This document shows, piece after piece, positions 63,206 to 64,000 of a DNA stretch of 64,000 nt. The DNA is from Octopus sinensis (Eukaryota): contig NC_043000.1 of NCBI RefSeq assembly GCF_006345805.1, positions 37,262,001 through 37,326,000 of the forward strand, written 5' to 3'. The notes under the pieces were generated by a model. It was not told where the DNA came from and did not search any database. It saw only the letters and a list, made by a program, of their open reading frames with translations. Both the position numbers and the translations under genes were made by a program. How positions within the stretch are numbered: position 1 is the stretch's first letter; every line of letters begins with the position of its first letter.

Positions 63206-64000
63206 CCTGCTTTTCTCCAGATATCACAATAGCAACTTCATTACATTCAGGTACACAATAGCAGAGTGAATGCTCTCCTGATGGTCTCTTGTCAGTATTT
63301 ATCTTCTACAGGCACATTTTCGAGGGCATATTTGAAACTTCTAATATATCTGTTTCTTGTACATAACACATCTTGTAGTCGTAATATGATTTCATATTAC
63401 ATAGTGTATACACAGTGTCCGATACAAAGAAAATACCATGGCTACTCGAGTAGATACAACAGCTACAGTCACAACAGTGGCCACACATTATAACTATGAA
63501 AAACACCACATCATAACAACAATGAAAGGCAGTATTCCAGCATGGCCTCAGCCTCTCGCTGAAACCAGTAAAATATTAAAGATACTCATTAATGAATGCT
63601 GCTATCATGTGTGAATAAGAGAGTCATTATCAATATCATACTTGGGGCCTCTAGCACTATGAGATTGTGATAACAGAATGAGATTAGATTAGTTAATATT
63701 CACTTGAAGAGAAGGCCAATGAATAGTTAAAGGGTAAATGTGAGAGATTATTCTAGGAAACTGAAGTTCTAGTGAAAGGAGTACTGAAGAAAGTGGTTAG
63801 TGTGAAGTCAGTGAGGAGACAAAGAATGAGTAATGAAGGTGTTAAGCAAAGCTAGTGGGCTCAAGTGGGTGAGAAGTTCAAATGAGCAGAGAAGAGACAC
63901 AGTCAGAATAAAGTTGAAGAATCTTTAGAGAGGGACAATTTTATTTATTTTGGTAACAAGCCAAAACATGTGTATATATGATATGTGTGTCCCAGATGCA

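Noticed and set aside
63438-63614. 58-codon ORF MATRVDTTATV... with a good Kozak context
   Set aside because: Short, no homology recognised and no promoter evidence; within chance expectation.

Overview
AT-rich metazoan non-coding DNA, most likely one long intron or intergenic tract. The repeat families and the density of CA/AT/ATG microsatellites resemble an octopus (coleoid cephalopod) genome; this assignment is from memory of such repeats and was not checked by any search. No intact protein-coding gene, tRNA, rRNA or CRISPR array can be supported, and nearly all listed ORFs are translations of microsatellites or decayed repeats. Recognisable elements: fossil RT fragments of RTE (9.7-11.0 kb), R4/Dong-like (20.1-20.6 kb) and CR1 (52.8-53.6 kb) LINEs; a maT/DD37-type mariner remnant (39.2-39.95 kb); a pogo/Tigger transposase pseudogene (49.0-50.2 kb); a non-autonomous Helitron with canonical A|TC...CTAG|T ends (11869-12969); three TTAA-flanked MITEs; and many tRNA-derived SINEs. 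Two signals stand out. (1) A tRNA-headed short element carries a minimal hammerhead ribozyme. Copies at 20.6-20.9 kb and 48.2-48.6 kb together reconstruct an intact core, and a fold-back at 43306-43413 breaks exactly at the predicted self-cleavage site. (2) A series of plus-strand 3' splice sites is followed within 0-30 nt by donor-like sequences, including a textbook zero-length recursive-splicing site YAG|GTAAGT at 58217/58218. Both need RNA evidence.
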